NCBI RefSeq assembly: GCF_963974365.1
Contig: NZ_CAXBBX010000009.1
Span: 199,274-263,273 of the forward strand
From: an uncultured Algoriphagus sp.
GTDB lineage: Bacteria > Bacteroidota > Bacteroidia > Cytophagales > Cyclobacteriaceae
Direction: 5' to 3'
DNA: 64,000 nucleotides
Shown here: positions 9,789-19,967 of the stretch, piece after piece
Layout: each line of letters starts with the position of its first letter
Position numbering within the stretch: position 1 is the first letter of the stretch
Position numbers and translations under genes: made by a program
Notes under the pieces: model-generated
The model's database searches: none
Told to the model about the DNA's origin: nothing
Seen by the model: only the letters and a program-made list of their open reading frames with translations

Positions 9789-12407
9789 ATGAGGAGATTT
9801 TCCAAGCTAGCATTAATCATTTTACTTTTTAGTGGGGCATGCTCTTCCGAGCGCAACACCTTTACAAACAGGACATTTCATAATGTCACTGCGCACTTCA
9901 ATGCCTATTACCTTGCCGATGTCAAATTGAAAGAAGTAGAAACAGAGGTTTTTCAAAACTACAAAGAAGACTTTACTCAGATTTTACCGGTATTTATTCC
10001 TTTTGATTCTTCTACTATCCAATCCAATGAAGAGAAACTCCAATCCTCTCGAGAATTAGCCTCCAAAGCCATAGAATGGCACAGAATAAGTAATTGGGTA
10101 GACGATAGTTATTATATTCTGGGCAAGCTGGATTATTATCAATCCCATTTTGACAATGCAAAAAACACCTTCAAATATATCAATGTGAACTCAAAAAGTG
10201 CCGATGTAAGACATCAGACTTTAATCACTTTGCTGCGACTTTATGTAGATCAAGCGGAAGTTGAAAATGCGAATTTCACTATTGATTACCTCTCCAAGGA
10301 AACTGATATTTCAGAAGAAAACAGGTACGAACTTTATCGAACCTTAGCCTATTACTATGAGAAAAGAGGGGATAAGAGTGGAGTAATCGGTGCATTGGAT
10401 AAAGCAATAGAATATTCGCAGGACAAAAAAGAAGCTTCTAGAATCAACTTTATCCTAGCCCAACGCTACCAGCGGGAAGGTTTTGATGCATTGGCTCATG
10501 AATACTATGAAAAATCCTTAGATGGAAACCCTCCTTATGAGCGGAGTTTTTATGCGCAACTCTACGCTCAGCAGGTAGCAGAACTAAATGCATCCAAGGA
10601 TCTCAAGAAAGTCAGAAAGTACTACGACGACCTCTATGAAGATCCAAAAAACAAAGACTTAAAAGATGTGGTCATCTACGAGCGAGCACTTTTCGAAGAA
10701 AAGCAAGGTGACACAGAACTGACGCTGAATTTGCTTCATCAAGCTGCAAAAGAACCGGGTAGCAATCCACGAGTAAAGGGGTATATCTACCAAAAACTTG
10801 CCCAAATAAACCTGGGGAAGTTTAAGGACTATCGGGCAACAAAGTACTACTTGGATTCTGCCCTCACTTTTATTAATGAAAACGACCCTGTGGCCCTAGA
10901 AATCACAGGTCAAAAAGAATCATTAGATAAATACGTTTTTCATTTTGAAAGAATCCAAGGAAATGACAGCTTGTTAACCTTAGCAAAATTGTCTCCTGAG
11001 GAGCAAAAACTAGTTGCAGAGAATTATCTAAAAGTAGAAGAAGAAAGACTTCTGGCTGAAGCAGAAGCACTTCAAAAACCTCAGAGCAGTAGTATTTTTG
11101 ATAACCTATTAGCCTTTAGCGACAGAGGTGGAGGTTCATCATTTTATTTTGACAACAGTGTCGCAATGCAGCAGGGCGCTATTGATTTCCGAAGAACTTG
11201 GGGGAATCGTCCCTTGCAAGATAACTGGAGAAGAAGTGCCGTGAGCTTTCAAAGCACTGCTCCTACTATTCCTGAGCCTTCAGATGGAGATTCTACAGCA
11301 ACACAAGCCGAAAGTATTGTCAGTCAATTACCAACAGTTGATGATTTGCTAGGAGGAATCCCCAATTCTCCCGAGCAAATTGAAACGCTGAACTTTGAGT
11401 TGGAGGAGTCTTATTTTGAGCTTGGTAAACTTCTTTATTTTGATCTAAAAGAGACTGAGCAAAGCATTGATAACCTGGAAACGTTGGTTCGTGATTATCC
11501 TAATTCTTCACGAAAGCCAGAAGCATATTATTTGCTCTACTTGGCCCAAAAAGATTTGGGAGGAAATTCACAGCAATATGTCGGCCGACTGAATCGAGAG
11601 TTCCCTGAATCTCAATACACCTTTTCAGTAAACAATCCTGATGCTGCCTCGGGGAATTTGGCCTATGTAGAATCTTCCAAGAGATATGAGCAGGCGTATA
11701 ATTCCTATTATGCGGGGGAATACCAAGCAAGTAAATCCACCATCAAGTCAGCTTTGGAGGAATATCCATTAACTCGTAATACTGAACGATTACTCCTCCT
11801 CGACATCATGGTTACTGGCAAAACAGAAAGCCGTGCAAGGTATAGAGAACGATTAGAAAATTATATTCAGAATTCTCAAGATCCAAATTTGGTAGAATTG
11901 GCAAGGAATATGCTAAAACCAATGCTGTCGGCTGCAGAGCTGGCAGAACTGAATCCAAAAGAAACTCAAGCAACAGATTCTACGCAAGTTGAAAGCAAGG
12001 ATTTGTCAGGGGAAGGTGAAGAGGGGTCTTTGACAGAGTCTCCTTTTAAATACAATCAAATTGCAACGCACATCTTTGTGATTGCGATGGAACCAGGGCA
12101 GGTGAATGAGGTGAAGAACCTGTTGGCTGATTTGGATAATTTCCATTCGGCAAACTTCCCTAAGGAGCGATTGAGAACGGGAGATATGAATAAGTATGAA
12201 AATGCTATTTTCATCATAAGCCCATTTACAAATGCAGACAAGGCAAAAGTATATTATGAAAAATTTCAGAAAGAATTCAAATCAGAAGGACTGACCCAGG
12301 AGGTAAAATCTAACTCATTTGTGATCTCAATTGAAAACTTTCAAATATTGGACAAAAGGAAAAATTTAGAAGAATACAGGACTTTCTTTAAGTCCGCTTA
12401 TAAGTAA
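9789..12407 (+). CDS. sprE: TPR-repeat lipoprotein, PorW/SprE-like (type IX secretion)
   Basis: Lipobox LLFSGAC. The N-terminal NRTFHNVTAHFNAYYLA resembles the SprE/PorW start as I remember it. 872 aa, TPR-like repeats, close to the gld genes. Confidence 0.55.
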   Translation: MRRFSKLALIILLFSGACSSERNTFTNRTFHNVTAHFNAYYLADVKLKEVETEVFQNYKEDFTQILPVFIPFDSSTIQSNEEKLQSSRELASKAIEWHRISNWVDDSYYILGKLDYYQSHFDNAKNTFKYINVNSKSADVRHQTLITLLRLYVDQAEVENANFTIDYLSKETDISEENRYELYRTLAYYYEKRGDKSGVIGALDKAIEYSQDKKEASRINFILAQRYQREGFDALAHEYYEKSLDGNPPYERSFYAQLYAQQVAELNASKDLKKVRKYYDDLYEDPKNKDLKDVVIYERALFEEKQGDTELTLNLLHQAAKEPGSNPRVKGYIYQKLAQINLGKFKDYRATKYYLDSALTFINENDPVALEITGQKESLDKYVFHFERIQGNDSLLTLAKLSPEEQKLVAENYLKVEEERLLAEAEALQKPQSSSIFDNLLAFSDRGGGSSFYFDNSVAMQQGAIDFRRTWGNRPLQDNWRRSAVSFQSTAPTIPEPSDGDSTATQAESIVSQLPTVDDLLGGIPNSPEQIETLNFELEESYFELGKLLYFDLKETEQSIDNLETLVRDYPNSSRKPEAYYLLYLAQKDLGGNSQQYVGRLNREFPESQYTFSVNNPDAASGNLAYVESSKRYEQAYNSYYAGEYQASKSTIKSALEEYPLTRNTERLLLLDIMVTGKTESRARYRERLENYIQNSQDPNLVELARNMLKPMLSAAELAELNPKETQATDSTQVESKDLSGEGEEGSLTESPFKYNQIATHIFVIAMEPGQVNEVKNLLADLDNFHSANFPKERLRTGDMNKYENAIFIISPFTNADKAKVYYEKFQKEFKSEGLTQEVKSNSFVISIENFQILDKRKNLEEYRTFFKSAYK

Positions 12408-12410
12408 ACT

Positions 12411-14717
12411 ATGAGTAACAAAGCAAAACCCCAAACTTCCACTTGGGTATCCAAAACCGTAAAATTCCTCTGGATCGCATTTATTGCGGGTTTTTTCGGT
12501 TTCATTCTATTCGTATGGATGGTAAGCATCAATTTTCTAGGCCTATTTGGAACACTTCCGGATTTCAAGGCATTAGAAAATCCGGACTCTGAAATCGCTT
12601 CAGAGCTATACTCAACGGATGGCGTTTTGCTTGGCCAATATTTCCGTGAGAATAGAAGTCCGGTGAAATATGAAGACCTTTCACCGAGTTTGGTAAATGC
12701 TTTGATTTCTACTGAAGATGTGCGATTCGAGAATCATTCCGGAATCGATATGCAGGCAATGATGCGCGTTTTCGTAAAATCAATCTTGTTAGGACAAAAT
12801 GCAGGTGGTGGATCTACACTTAGTCAGCAAACTGCAAAAAACCTTTTCAAAACAAGGACGGATGCTTCTCAGGGTTTACTGAGTTCTATTCCTGGTCTAG
12901 GAATGCTTATTATCAAAACGAAAGAGTGGATCGTAGCAACTCAATTAGAAAAAGCTTACACTAAAAACGAGATTCTTACACTCTATCTCAATACTTCAGA
13001 CTTCGGTTCTAATGCATTCGGAATTAAAACAGCAGCAAAAACTTTCTTCAATAAAACCCCTGCAGATTTAGCTGTGCAAGAATCTGCAGTGTTAGTTGGC
13101 TTATTTAAAGCTCCTTCCTATTACAGCCCAGTTTACAATCCAGAAAACTCTCTTCGCAGAAGAAATACAGTACTGAGTCAAATGAGAAAGAATGATGCAC
13201 TCACCGAAAGTGAATACGATTCTCTATCAAGTCTCCCTATTGAACTTAATTATAGCGTAGCAAATCAAAATAAAGGTTTGGCTACTTATTTCAGAGAAAT
13301 CGTAAAAGCAGACTTATTAAAGTGGACAAAGGAAAACCTTAAGTCTGATGGAAGTGCTTATGATCTTTACGGAGATGGGTTGAAAATCTATGCTACCATA
13401 GATAGCAGAATGCAAACCTATGCCGAGGAAGCTGTAGCTGATCACATGGAGACTTTACAAGCTAAGTTCTACAAAGAAATGGGGAAGCGAGATCCTTGGA
13501 TAGATGAGAATCATAAGGTCATTCCTAATTTCATCGAAGATGCAGTGAGGAGAACTGAAGCTTATAGATTACTTAAAATCAGATATGGAAATGACACAGA
13601 TTCCATCAACATTAAGCTTAACGAAAAGAAGAAAATGAAGGTCTTTTCGTGGGAAAATGGTGAAGTAGACACCTTGATGAGTTCAATGGATTCTCTTAGA
13701 TATTATAAGAAATTCCTGCAAGCGGGATTTATGAGTATGGATGCCCACACTGGTCAGATTAAGGCCTGGGTAGGCGGATTGGACCATAAATACTTCAAGT
13801 TTGACCACGTCCAAAGAGCAAAGAGACAGCCTGGCTCCACCTTCAAGCCTTTCGTATATGCTGCTGCTATAGAAAATGGATACAGCCCATGCTATTCTGT
13901 CATTGATCAGCCAGTAGAAGTATATATTCCTGGTCAGCCTGCCTGGAGCCCATCAAATGCAGATGGGAAGTTTAGTTATGAAAAAATGACCATCAGGCAT
14001 GCAATGGCTGAATCAGTGAACTCTGTGACTGCCTACATGATGAAGAAATTAAGTCCGAAAATTGTGGTTGAGACAGCTCGTAGACTAGGAATCACCAGTG
14101 ATTTGGAGGAAGTTCCTGCTTTGGCCTTAGGAGTCAACGACGTTTCTATTTTTGAAATGGTGGGTGCTTTTGGAACATTCGTAAACAAAGGTGAACATAC
14201 TACGCCATTCTACATTGACAGAATTGAAGATAAAAATGGCAATGTAATCCAGCAATTCACGGCTAAGAAGAGACCCGCAATGAGTGAAGAACATGCTTAC
14301 CTTATGACATACATGTTAAGAGGAGGTTTTGAAGAGCGTGGAGGCACAAGTCAAGGAGTGGACTGGGAATTAAGACAAGACAATGAACTTGGAGGTAAAA
14401 CTGGGACTACGCAAAATGCATCTGATGGGTGGTACATGGGTATCAGTAAAGATTTAGTCAGTGGAACATGGGTAGGTGGAGATGACCGAGCCATTCACTT
14501 TAGGAGCTGGATCGATGGGCAAGGTGGTAGAACAGCGAGACCTATCTGGCAGAACTACATGAAAAAAGTATATGCAGATAAAAGCTTAGGTTACACGAAA
14601 GGTTCTTTCCCAAGACCAGATCGTCCGTTGAGTATAGAGATCAATTGTGATGTCTATGAAACGGAAAGTCAACGGTTTGCAGATTTTGACTATGATGCAA
14701 AGAAAAATGATTTCTAA
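12411..14717 (+). CDS. mrcA: penicillin-binding protein 1A (bifunctional glycosyltransferase/transpeptidase)
   Basis: GT51 motifs EDVRFENHSGID and GGSTLSQQ; transpeptidase motifs STFKP, SVN and KTGTT. Confidence 0.95.
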   Translation: MSNKAKPQTSTWVSKTVKFLWIAFIAGFFGFILFVWMVSINFLGLFGTLPDFKALENPDSEIASELYSTDGVLLGQYFRENRSPVKYEDLSPSLVNALISTEDVRFENHSGIDMQAMMRVFVKSILLGQNAGGGSTLSQQTAKNLFKTRTDASQGLLSSIPGLGMLIIKTKEWIVATQLEKAYTKNEILTLYLNTSDFGSNAFGIKTAAKTFFNKTPADLAVQESAVLVGLFKAPSYYSPVYNPENSLRRRNTVLSQMRKNDALTESEYDSLSSLPIELNYSVANQNKGLATYFREIVKADLLKWTKENLKSDGSAYDLYGDGLKIYATIDSRMQTYAEEAVADHMETLQAKFYKEMGKRDPWIDENHKVIPNFIEDAVRRTEAYRLLKIRYGNDTDSINIKLNEKKKMKVFSWENGEVDTLMSSMDSLRYYKKFLQAGFMSMDAHTGQIKAWVGGLDHKYFKFDHVQRAKRQPGSTFKPFVYAAAIENGYSPCYSVIDQPVEVYIPGQPAWSPSNADGKFSYEKMTIRHAMAESVNSVTAYMMKKLSPKIVVETARRLGITSDLEEVPALALGVNDVSIFEMVGAFGTFVNKGEHTTPFYIDRIEDKNGNVIQQFTAKKRPAMSEEHAYLMTYMLRGGFEERGGTSQGVDWELRQDNELGGKTGTTQNASDGWYMGISKDLVSGTWVGGDDRAIHFRSWIDGQGGRTARPIWQNYMKKVYADKSLGYTKGSFPRPDRPLSIEINCDVYETESQRFADFDYDAKKNDF

Positions 14718-14737
14718 CTAAATAGAATTCCTTATTT

Positions 14738-14768
14738 AAAAACAGCCTTAATCCAAGGCTGTTTTTTT
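14738..14768 (+). terminator. rho-independent terminator after the PBP1A gene
   Basis: 12-bp stem AAAAACAGCCTT/AAGGCTGTTTTT with a 5-nt loop and a T-run. Confidence 0.85.
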
Positions 14769-14779
14769 AATTTTAGACC

Positions 14780-16585
14780 ATGCAGTCATCTTCCTTTTTA
14801 CCAACTGAGCATCTCAACCTCCCGAATTCACCTGGAGTGTACAAGTATTTCAATGAGGAGAATGAATTGATTTATGTAGGCAAAGCCAAAAGCCTCAAGA
14901 AGAGAGTGAGCAGCTATTTCAACAAGAATGCCGGAGTCAATCTCAAAACCCGAAAAATGGTTAAAGAGATTCGCCGAATTGAAATAACGTTGGTCAACAC
15001 CGAATTTGATGCATTGCTGCTGGAAAATAACCTTATCAAAAAGTCACACCCTAAGTACAACATCTTACTTAGGGACGATAAAACTTATCCATACCTACTC
15101 CTTACAAAGGAAAACTTCCCGAGAATTTTCCCAACAAGGAAAATGATCCCTAAAAAAGGTACTTATTTTGGTCCTTTTGCTAGTGTCAAATCAATGAATA
15201 CGGTTCTTGATTTGATCAGAGAATTGTTCACTATCCGTACTTGCAAACTTGACTTGTCACCCTATAAAATTGCAGAGGAAAAATACAAAGTTTGCCTAGA
15301 ATACCATATTGGGAACTGTCAAGGGCCATGTGTTGGACTACAAAATGAAGCGGACTACCAAAAGGATTTGGAACAGGCAAAGCATATTTTAAAAGGGAAT
15401 TTAGCAGTCGCTAAATCCTATTTCAAGCAAGAGATGCAGACACATGCTGAAAACTTGGAATTTGAAAAGGCGCATAAAATGAAAGAGAAGCTTGAATCTT
15501 TAGAAAAGTATCAAGCCAAGTCACTAGTAGCAAGTCCTTCGATCAACAACCTAGATGTCTGTACCATAGTTTCTGATGATAAGAGTGCCTATGTAAATTA
15601 CATGCGTGTGAAAAACGGAGCTTTGGTGACTTCCAAAAATGTGGAGCTTAAAAAGAAATTGGATGAATCCGATGAGCAATTGCTTTTGACTGCAGTAATC
15701 AGCCTTCAGGATCAATTCCAAAGTGATGCAGAGGAAGTCTTGTTAAACATAGAGTTGACTGAGCAAATTGAAGGATTGAATGTATTCATGCCCAAAATTG
15801 GAGATAAGAAGAAGCTTATCGAGTTATCCTTAAAAAATGCTCTTTATTACAAAAAAGAAAAAGCATTATTAGTAGGCTTAAATCAAGACAAAAAAGACCG
15901 AGTTATCAGACAGCTCCAGCAAGACTTAAGTTTGACTGAAATCCCAGACCATATCGAATGTTTTGACAATTCAAACATTCAGGGAACAAACCCAGTAGCC
16001 AGCATGGTCTGCTTTCTTAATGGAAAGCCTGCGGTGAAAGAATACCGGCATTATCATATCAAAACTGTTGTAGGGCCGGATGACTTTGCCAGCATGAAAG
16101 AAGTAGTAGGCAGGCGCTACAAACGTTTACTAGAAGAAGAAAAGGCATTGCCTAAGCTAATTGTAATTGATGGAGGGAAAGGGCAACTATCTTCAGCTGT
16201 AGAGGCACTGAAAGAGTTAGGAGTGTATGGTCAAATGCCAATTATTGGGATTGCCAAAAGATTGGAAGAAATCTATTTCCCTGGAGATTCCTATCCTATT
16301 CATATCGATAAGAAATCAGAGAGTTTGAGGCTATTACAAAGAATCAGAGATGAAGCGCACCGATTTGCAATTACATTTCACAGAAATGTAAGAAGTAAAA
16401 ATGCCTTTGGGACACAATTGACAGCTATACCTGGAATAGGCAAAACAACAGCTGATAGCTTATTAAGCCATTTCAAGTCCGTGAAGAATATAAGCGAAGC
16501 CAGCGAAGAAGAGATTGCAAACATTATTGGTTCAAGCCGAGCAAAATCTTTGATAGCATGGAAAGAAAAAAATAAAGGGGCTTAA
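14780..16585 (+). CDS. uvrC: excinuclease ABC subunit C
   Basis: GIY-YIG start GVYKYFNEENELIYVGKA; 601 aa; C-terminal HhH region. Confidence 0.95.
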   Translation: MQSSSFLPTEHLNLPNSPGVYKYFNEENELIYVGKAKSLKKRVSSYFNKNAGVNLKTRKMVKEIRRIEITLVNTEFDALLLENNLIKKSHPKYNILLRDDKTYPYLLLTKENFPRIFPTRKMIPKKGTYFGPFASVKSMNTVLDLIRELFTIRTCKLDLSPYKIAEEKYKVCLEYHIGNCQGPCVGLQNEADYQKDLEQAKHILKGNLAVAKSYFKQEMQTHAENLEFEKAHKMKEKLESLEKYQAKSLVASPSINNLDVCTIVSDDKSAYVNYMRVKNGALVTSKNVELKKKLDESDEQLLLTAVISLQDQFQSDAEEVLLNIELTEQIEGLNVFMPKIGDKKKLIELSLKNALYYKKEKALLVGLNQDKKDRVIRQLQQDLSLTEIPDHIECFDNSNIQGTNPVASMVCFLNGKPAVKEYRHYHIKTVVGPDDFASMKEVVGRRYKRLLEEEKALPKLIVIDGGKGQLSSAVEALKELGVYGQMPIIGIAKRLEEIYFPGDSYPIHIDKKSESLRLLQRIRDEAHRFAITFHRNVRSKNAFGTQLTAIPGIGKTTADSLLSHFKSVKNISEASEEEIANIIGSSRAKSLIAWKEKNKGA

Positions 16586-16598
16586 AAAGCCCCTTTTT
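16574..16598. terminator. bidirectional terminator (uvrC / gldN)
   Basis: Stem AAAGGGGC/GCCCCTTT with the uvrC stop codon in the loop; T-runs on both strands. Confidence 0.75.
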
Positions 16599-16601
16599 AT
16601 A

Positions 16602-17420
16602 TTACCACTCCCACAGAGAGTTTTCATATTCTAGTAGTTTGTATTCAAATGCGAGTGCATCTACATAAGCTTGCATCTCAGGATTTGGATGATCTGCAGA
16701 CACCAAGTCAGCTATTAAAGCTTCTTCTGAGTTGGTAAACCTTCTTACTACAGACCTAAACAACCTAGTCTCAAATGCTTGGTCATAAGTTAAGCTCTTA
16801 GAGATATTTTGAAAGTTAAGCCATCTTGCATCAGGATGATCCTTGAAGTAGTAATAGAAGTCTTTGTATCTAATAAAACCAATAGTCTTCTGACCAGCGT
16901 TAGAATTGGTTTCAGAAGGCATTACTAACTCTATGTACTTAATATCAAAGACCATATCAGAGTGATGCTTGTCAAAAACGAAATCTTCTCTGAAATCCAA
17001 GTAGTAAAGTTGCTTTGAAAAGATACTGTCTCCAGTTGCATTCAACCAGAAATTATCTTGAAATTCAGCGATGGAAAGTGGTTGCGTAAATTCCTCATCA
17101 GCAAAGACTTCCAAAGCATTTTCTTCAACAATCGCCTTATAGATATTATTAATAATGCCATTAGACTTTGTATCACCAGCTCCATACAAAGGCTTATTAT
17201 ATTTTTCGCGAAGATCAATTCTTCTCCACACACCTATTTGATACATTTTATCATCTTCTCTAATTCTTTTTGCAGAGTAGATTGTATCCATATCAAACTG
17301 TCTATCACCGAATCCAGAAGGATTCATGCTGGTAGGGGCAATTTGAGCCTCACTTGTGAGAGGCGCCATGCCTGCTGCTATCAGCAAGGATAAGATAAAT
17401 TTTGGAAGAAACTTTTTCAT
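16602..17420 (-). CDS. gldN: gliding motility / T9SS protein GldN (PorN)
   Basis: 272 aa with a signal peptide; last gene of the gldKLMN order. Confidence 0.75.
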   Translation of the reverse strand: MKKFLPKFILSLLIAAGMAPLTSEAQIAPTSMNPSGFGDRQFDMDTIYSAKRIREDDKMYQIGVWRRIDLREKYNKPLYGAGDTKSNGIINNIYKAIVEENALEVFADEEFTQPLSIAEFQDNFWLNATGDSIFSKQLYYLDFREDFVFDKHHSDMVFDIKYIELVMPSETNSNAGQKTIGFIRYKDFYYYFKDHPDARWLNFQNISKSLTYDQAFETRLFRSVVRRFTNSEEALIADLVSADHPNPEMQAYVDALAFEYKLLEYENSLWEW

Positions 17421-17453
17421 AATCTAAGCATTAATAATATTCTATTTCAAGGA

Positions 17454-19067
17454 CTACTTCACTCCAATACGAATCACTTGATTCAATGTTGAAGGAATCT
17501 TGTTTCCTCTAAAGTTGGTTCTTGTCACTTGAGTTACTACCACAACGATATCATCACCAGCTCTTGCACTTTCAAGCAATTGACGCATTGCGATACTATT
17601 ACCGTTTGAGATCTGGATAGTTTGTCTAGGAACATCGCTTCTCAACAATCTCACCTCACCACCAGTTACTTCAAAATTGGCATCTTTAGCCATAGTACGT
17701 CCAAACGTAGGCTCAGGCTTTGCAGAGACTTTAAGACCAGTTAAGGAACCTACTGCATAAGACTGGCTAATATCAACCGCATTACCATTTGACAGCTCAG
17801 GAACAATACTAGGAGTCGGTACTGGTTTGATATCATAATCGACTGTACCAATTTTATTACCTCCACTGCTCACACCAATATTAACTTTTCCTGACGCTCC
17901 AGGTATCACAGTCAATTGACCAGGCTTATTTCCTTTAATAGATTGCCCATTACTTACTGCAAATTCCGGAGAGTAAGTATTCCCTAAAGCAGGAACTTCA
18001 ATCAATAGCTCATTAGCACAGTCCGCATAAAGTTGCTGAACAACTTCTGACGATACCTTTATTACAGGTTGAGCGACGAAATACTCATATTCTACAGGTA
18101 GAACTTTATCCTCGCCACCTACACTAGTAATAATCTCACCATTGATTACTCTTCTTGCTAGTCCTCTGTCATCGTACTCTGAAGCAGGAGTTACATTGAA
18201 TTCGATTTTACCAAAACCAGTAGCATCTACTGGCACTGAGCGACCGTCTATTGTCATAGTCGGTACGGAAGCAGTGGAACTTGAAGCGATAAACATATCT
18301 GCTTCAAATTTGGTCCCTGCAGCCACTACATTAGATAACGCCGCAATTCTAGCTTCAGTCACATCAGCCTTGAAAAAGAACGAACCAATTGTATTTTGCA
18401 CAGCAGTCAATGACTCACTTTCAATATTCAAAACCTCATTTTGATATTGGGAAATCAAAGCAATTACAGCTCCAACTGGTGACTTAACGAAGTTTAGCTT
18501 TTCCCAGCTTAAATTTTGAGCTTCTCTGTCATTAGCAAATAACTCTATATCCTTTGCGTCCTTGGCGATTGCATCGAACTTCAAATCTCCAAGACCAATT
18601 TCAGTTAATATGTTAGAGATTTCCGTTGGATAAGCATTTAGCCTATTTTTCATCTCTTCACCTTTGCCATTGTTGACAAAAATATTACCTGTGATCTCAG
18701 TATTTTTTAGATTAGCGTTAACGAAGTTACCTTCATCATTTTTAGCTCTAGCCTGAACGATCAAATCTTGTTTGATTTCCTCTAGGTACTTAACGATGTC
18801 ATCAGTAGCATCTCTAATTGCCTGCGAGGCCGCCACTTTTGGCACATCAACTTCTTTATTTCCCTGCTGATCTACTGTATAAGCAATAGACTCAACAGTT
18901 TTTGTGTTTTTATTGATAAAGTTCTGAGATGTTCTTTCCATCCCATCATTAATCAAGACGAATTTCTGGAGGATTTTATTACTTACCTGGAGAGCCAATA
19001 AGGCTGTCAAAACCAGGTACATCATACCAATCATCCGCTGTCTAGGTGTCTCTTTAGCTCCTGCCAT
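17454..19067 (-). CDS. gldM: gliding motility / T9SS protein GldM (PorM)
   Basis: N-terminus PRQRMIGMMYLVLTALLALQVS matches the conserved GldM anchor helix; 537 aa. Confidence 0.9.
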   Translation of the reverse strand: MAGAKETPRQRMIGMMYLVLTALLALQVSNKILQKFVLINDGMERTSQNFINKNTKTVESIAYTVDQQGNKEVDVPKVAASQAIRDATDDIVKYLEEIKQDLIVQARAKNDEGNFVNANLKNTEITGNIFVNNGKGEEMKNRLNAYPTEISNILTEIGLGDLKFDAIAKDAKDIELFANDREAQNLSWEKLNFVKSPVGAVIALISQYQNEVLNIESESLTAVQNTIGSFFFKADVTEARIAALSNVVAAGTKFEADMFIASSSTASVPTMTIDGRSVPVDATGFGKIEFNVTPASEYDDRGLARRVINGEIITSVGGEDKVLPVEYEYFVAQPVIKVSSEVVQQLYADCANELLIEVPALGNTYSPEFAVSNGQSIKGNKPGQLTVIPGASGKVNIGVSSGGNKIGTVDYDIKPVPTPSIVPELSNGNAVDISQSYAVGSLTGLKVSAKPEPTFGRTMAKDANFEVTGGEVRLLRSDVPRQTIQISNGNSIAMRQLLESARAGDDIVVVVTQVTRTNFRGNKIPSTLNQVIRIGVK

Positions 19068-19107
19068 TTTTAAGTTTTAATGGATTTTAAAATGAATTGA
19101 AGAGAAA

Positions 19108-19914
19108 TTAACCTTTCATAGCGGATAGCATTCCACCATAGATTTTATTCAATGAACTTACGTTCTGATTCAATTTTGATAATTCTGTTTTAAATGCTTG
19201 AGTTTCTTTACCTGCTTCAGTAAGTCCTTCCATAGCTGCAGTCATGTTAGCATAGAATTTATTCAATGTCTTCACATGACTGTTTGCATCCTGAAGCTCC
19301 ATCTCATAGACAGAATTAAGTGCAGAAAGATTTTTTGTTACAGTTACTACTTGAGTATGATAAGCTTTTGCGTCTTGAGAAGCAGAAGACATTTCAGTAA
19401 GAGCAGCAGCAGTTTTGCTATAGGAAGCATTCATATCTACCAAAGTCTTGGCAGCAGATTTAACATTCGTTGCATATTCGTTGGTAGCTACAGCTGCATC
19501 AGAAAGATTACCCATCTTCTGAGCTGAGGTTGCAAGATTTTGCATTCCTTTACCAAGGCTCTCAATTAATTCCGGACCTACTTTAGCATTCGCAAGCATT
19601 TCGTCAAGCTTTTGAGAAACCTGATCTCCTCCAGCAGGTACTACTCTTTGCGCTCTAGGAGCAGCAGGTGCATCACCTGCTAATTCTGGATATACTTTAG
19701 ACCAATCAACATCTTGATGTTGTGGCTCAAATGCTGAAAGGAAAAATATAAATGCTTCAGTACTTAGGCCAATACCAATCATCCAGTTGGCTCCAGTCCA
19801 ATCCAAGATTTTGAACATTGCACCAAGAATAACGACTGCAGCACCAATACCATAAATTTTTGGCATTATGCTGGAATAAAATTTTGCTGAAAATGAGTTG
19901 CTTTTACTAGCCAT
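19108..19914 (-). CDS. gldL: gliding motility / T9SS protein GldL (PorL)
   Basis: Two N-terminal TM helices (IYGIGAAVVILGAMFKILDW) then a coiled-coil cytoplasmic part; operon order. Confidence 0.85.
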   Translation of the reverse strand: MASKSNSFSAKFYSSIMPKIYGIGAAVVILGAMFKILDWTGANWMIGIGLSTEAFIFFLSAFEPQHQDVDWSKVYPELAGDAPAAPRAQRVVPAGGDQVSQKLDEMLANAKVGPELIESLGKGMQNLATSAQKMGNLSDAAVATNEYATNVKSAAKTLVDMNASYSKTAAALTEMSSASQDAKAYHTQVVTVTKNLSALNSVYEMELQDANSHVKTLNKFYANMTAAMEGLTEAGKETQAFKTELSKLNQNVSSLNKIYGGMLSAMKG

Positions 19915-19967
19915 GTGAAATGATATAATAAGGTGTTAGGTAGTTGTTTTTTGCTTATTGAAATAGA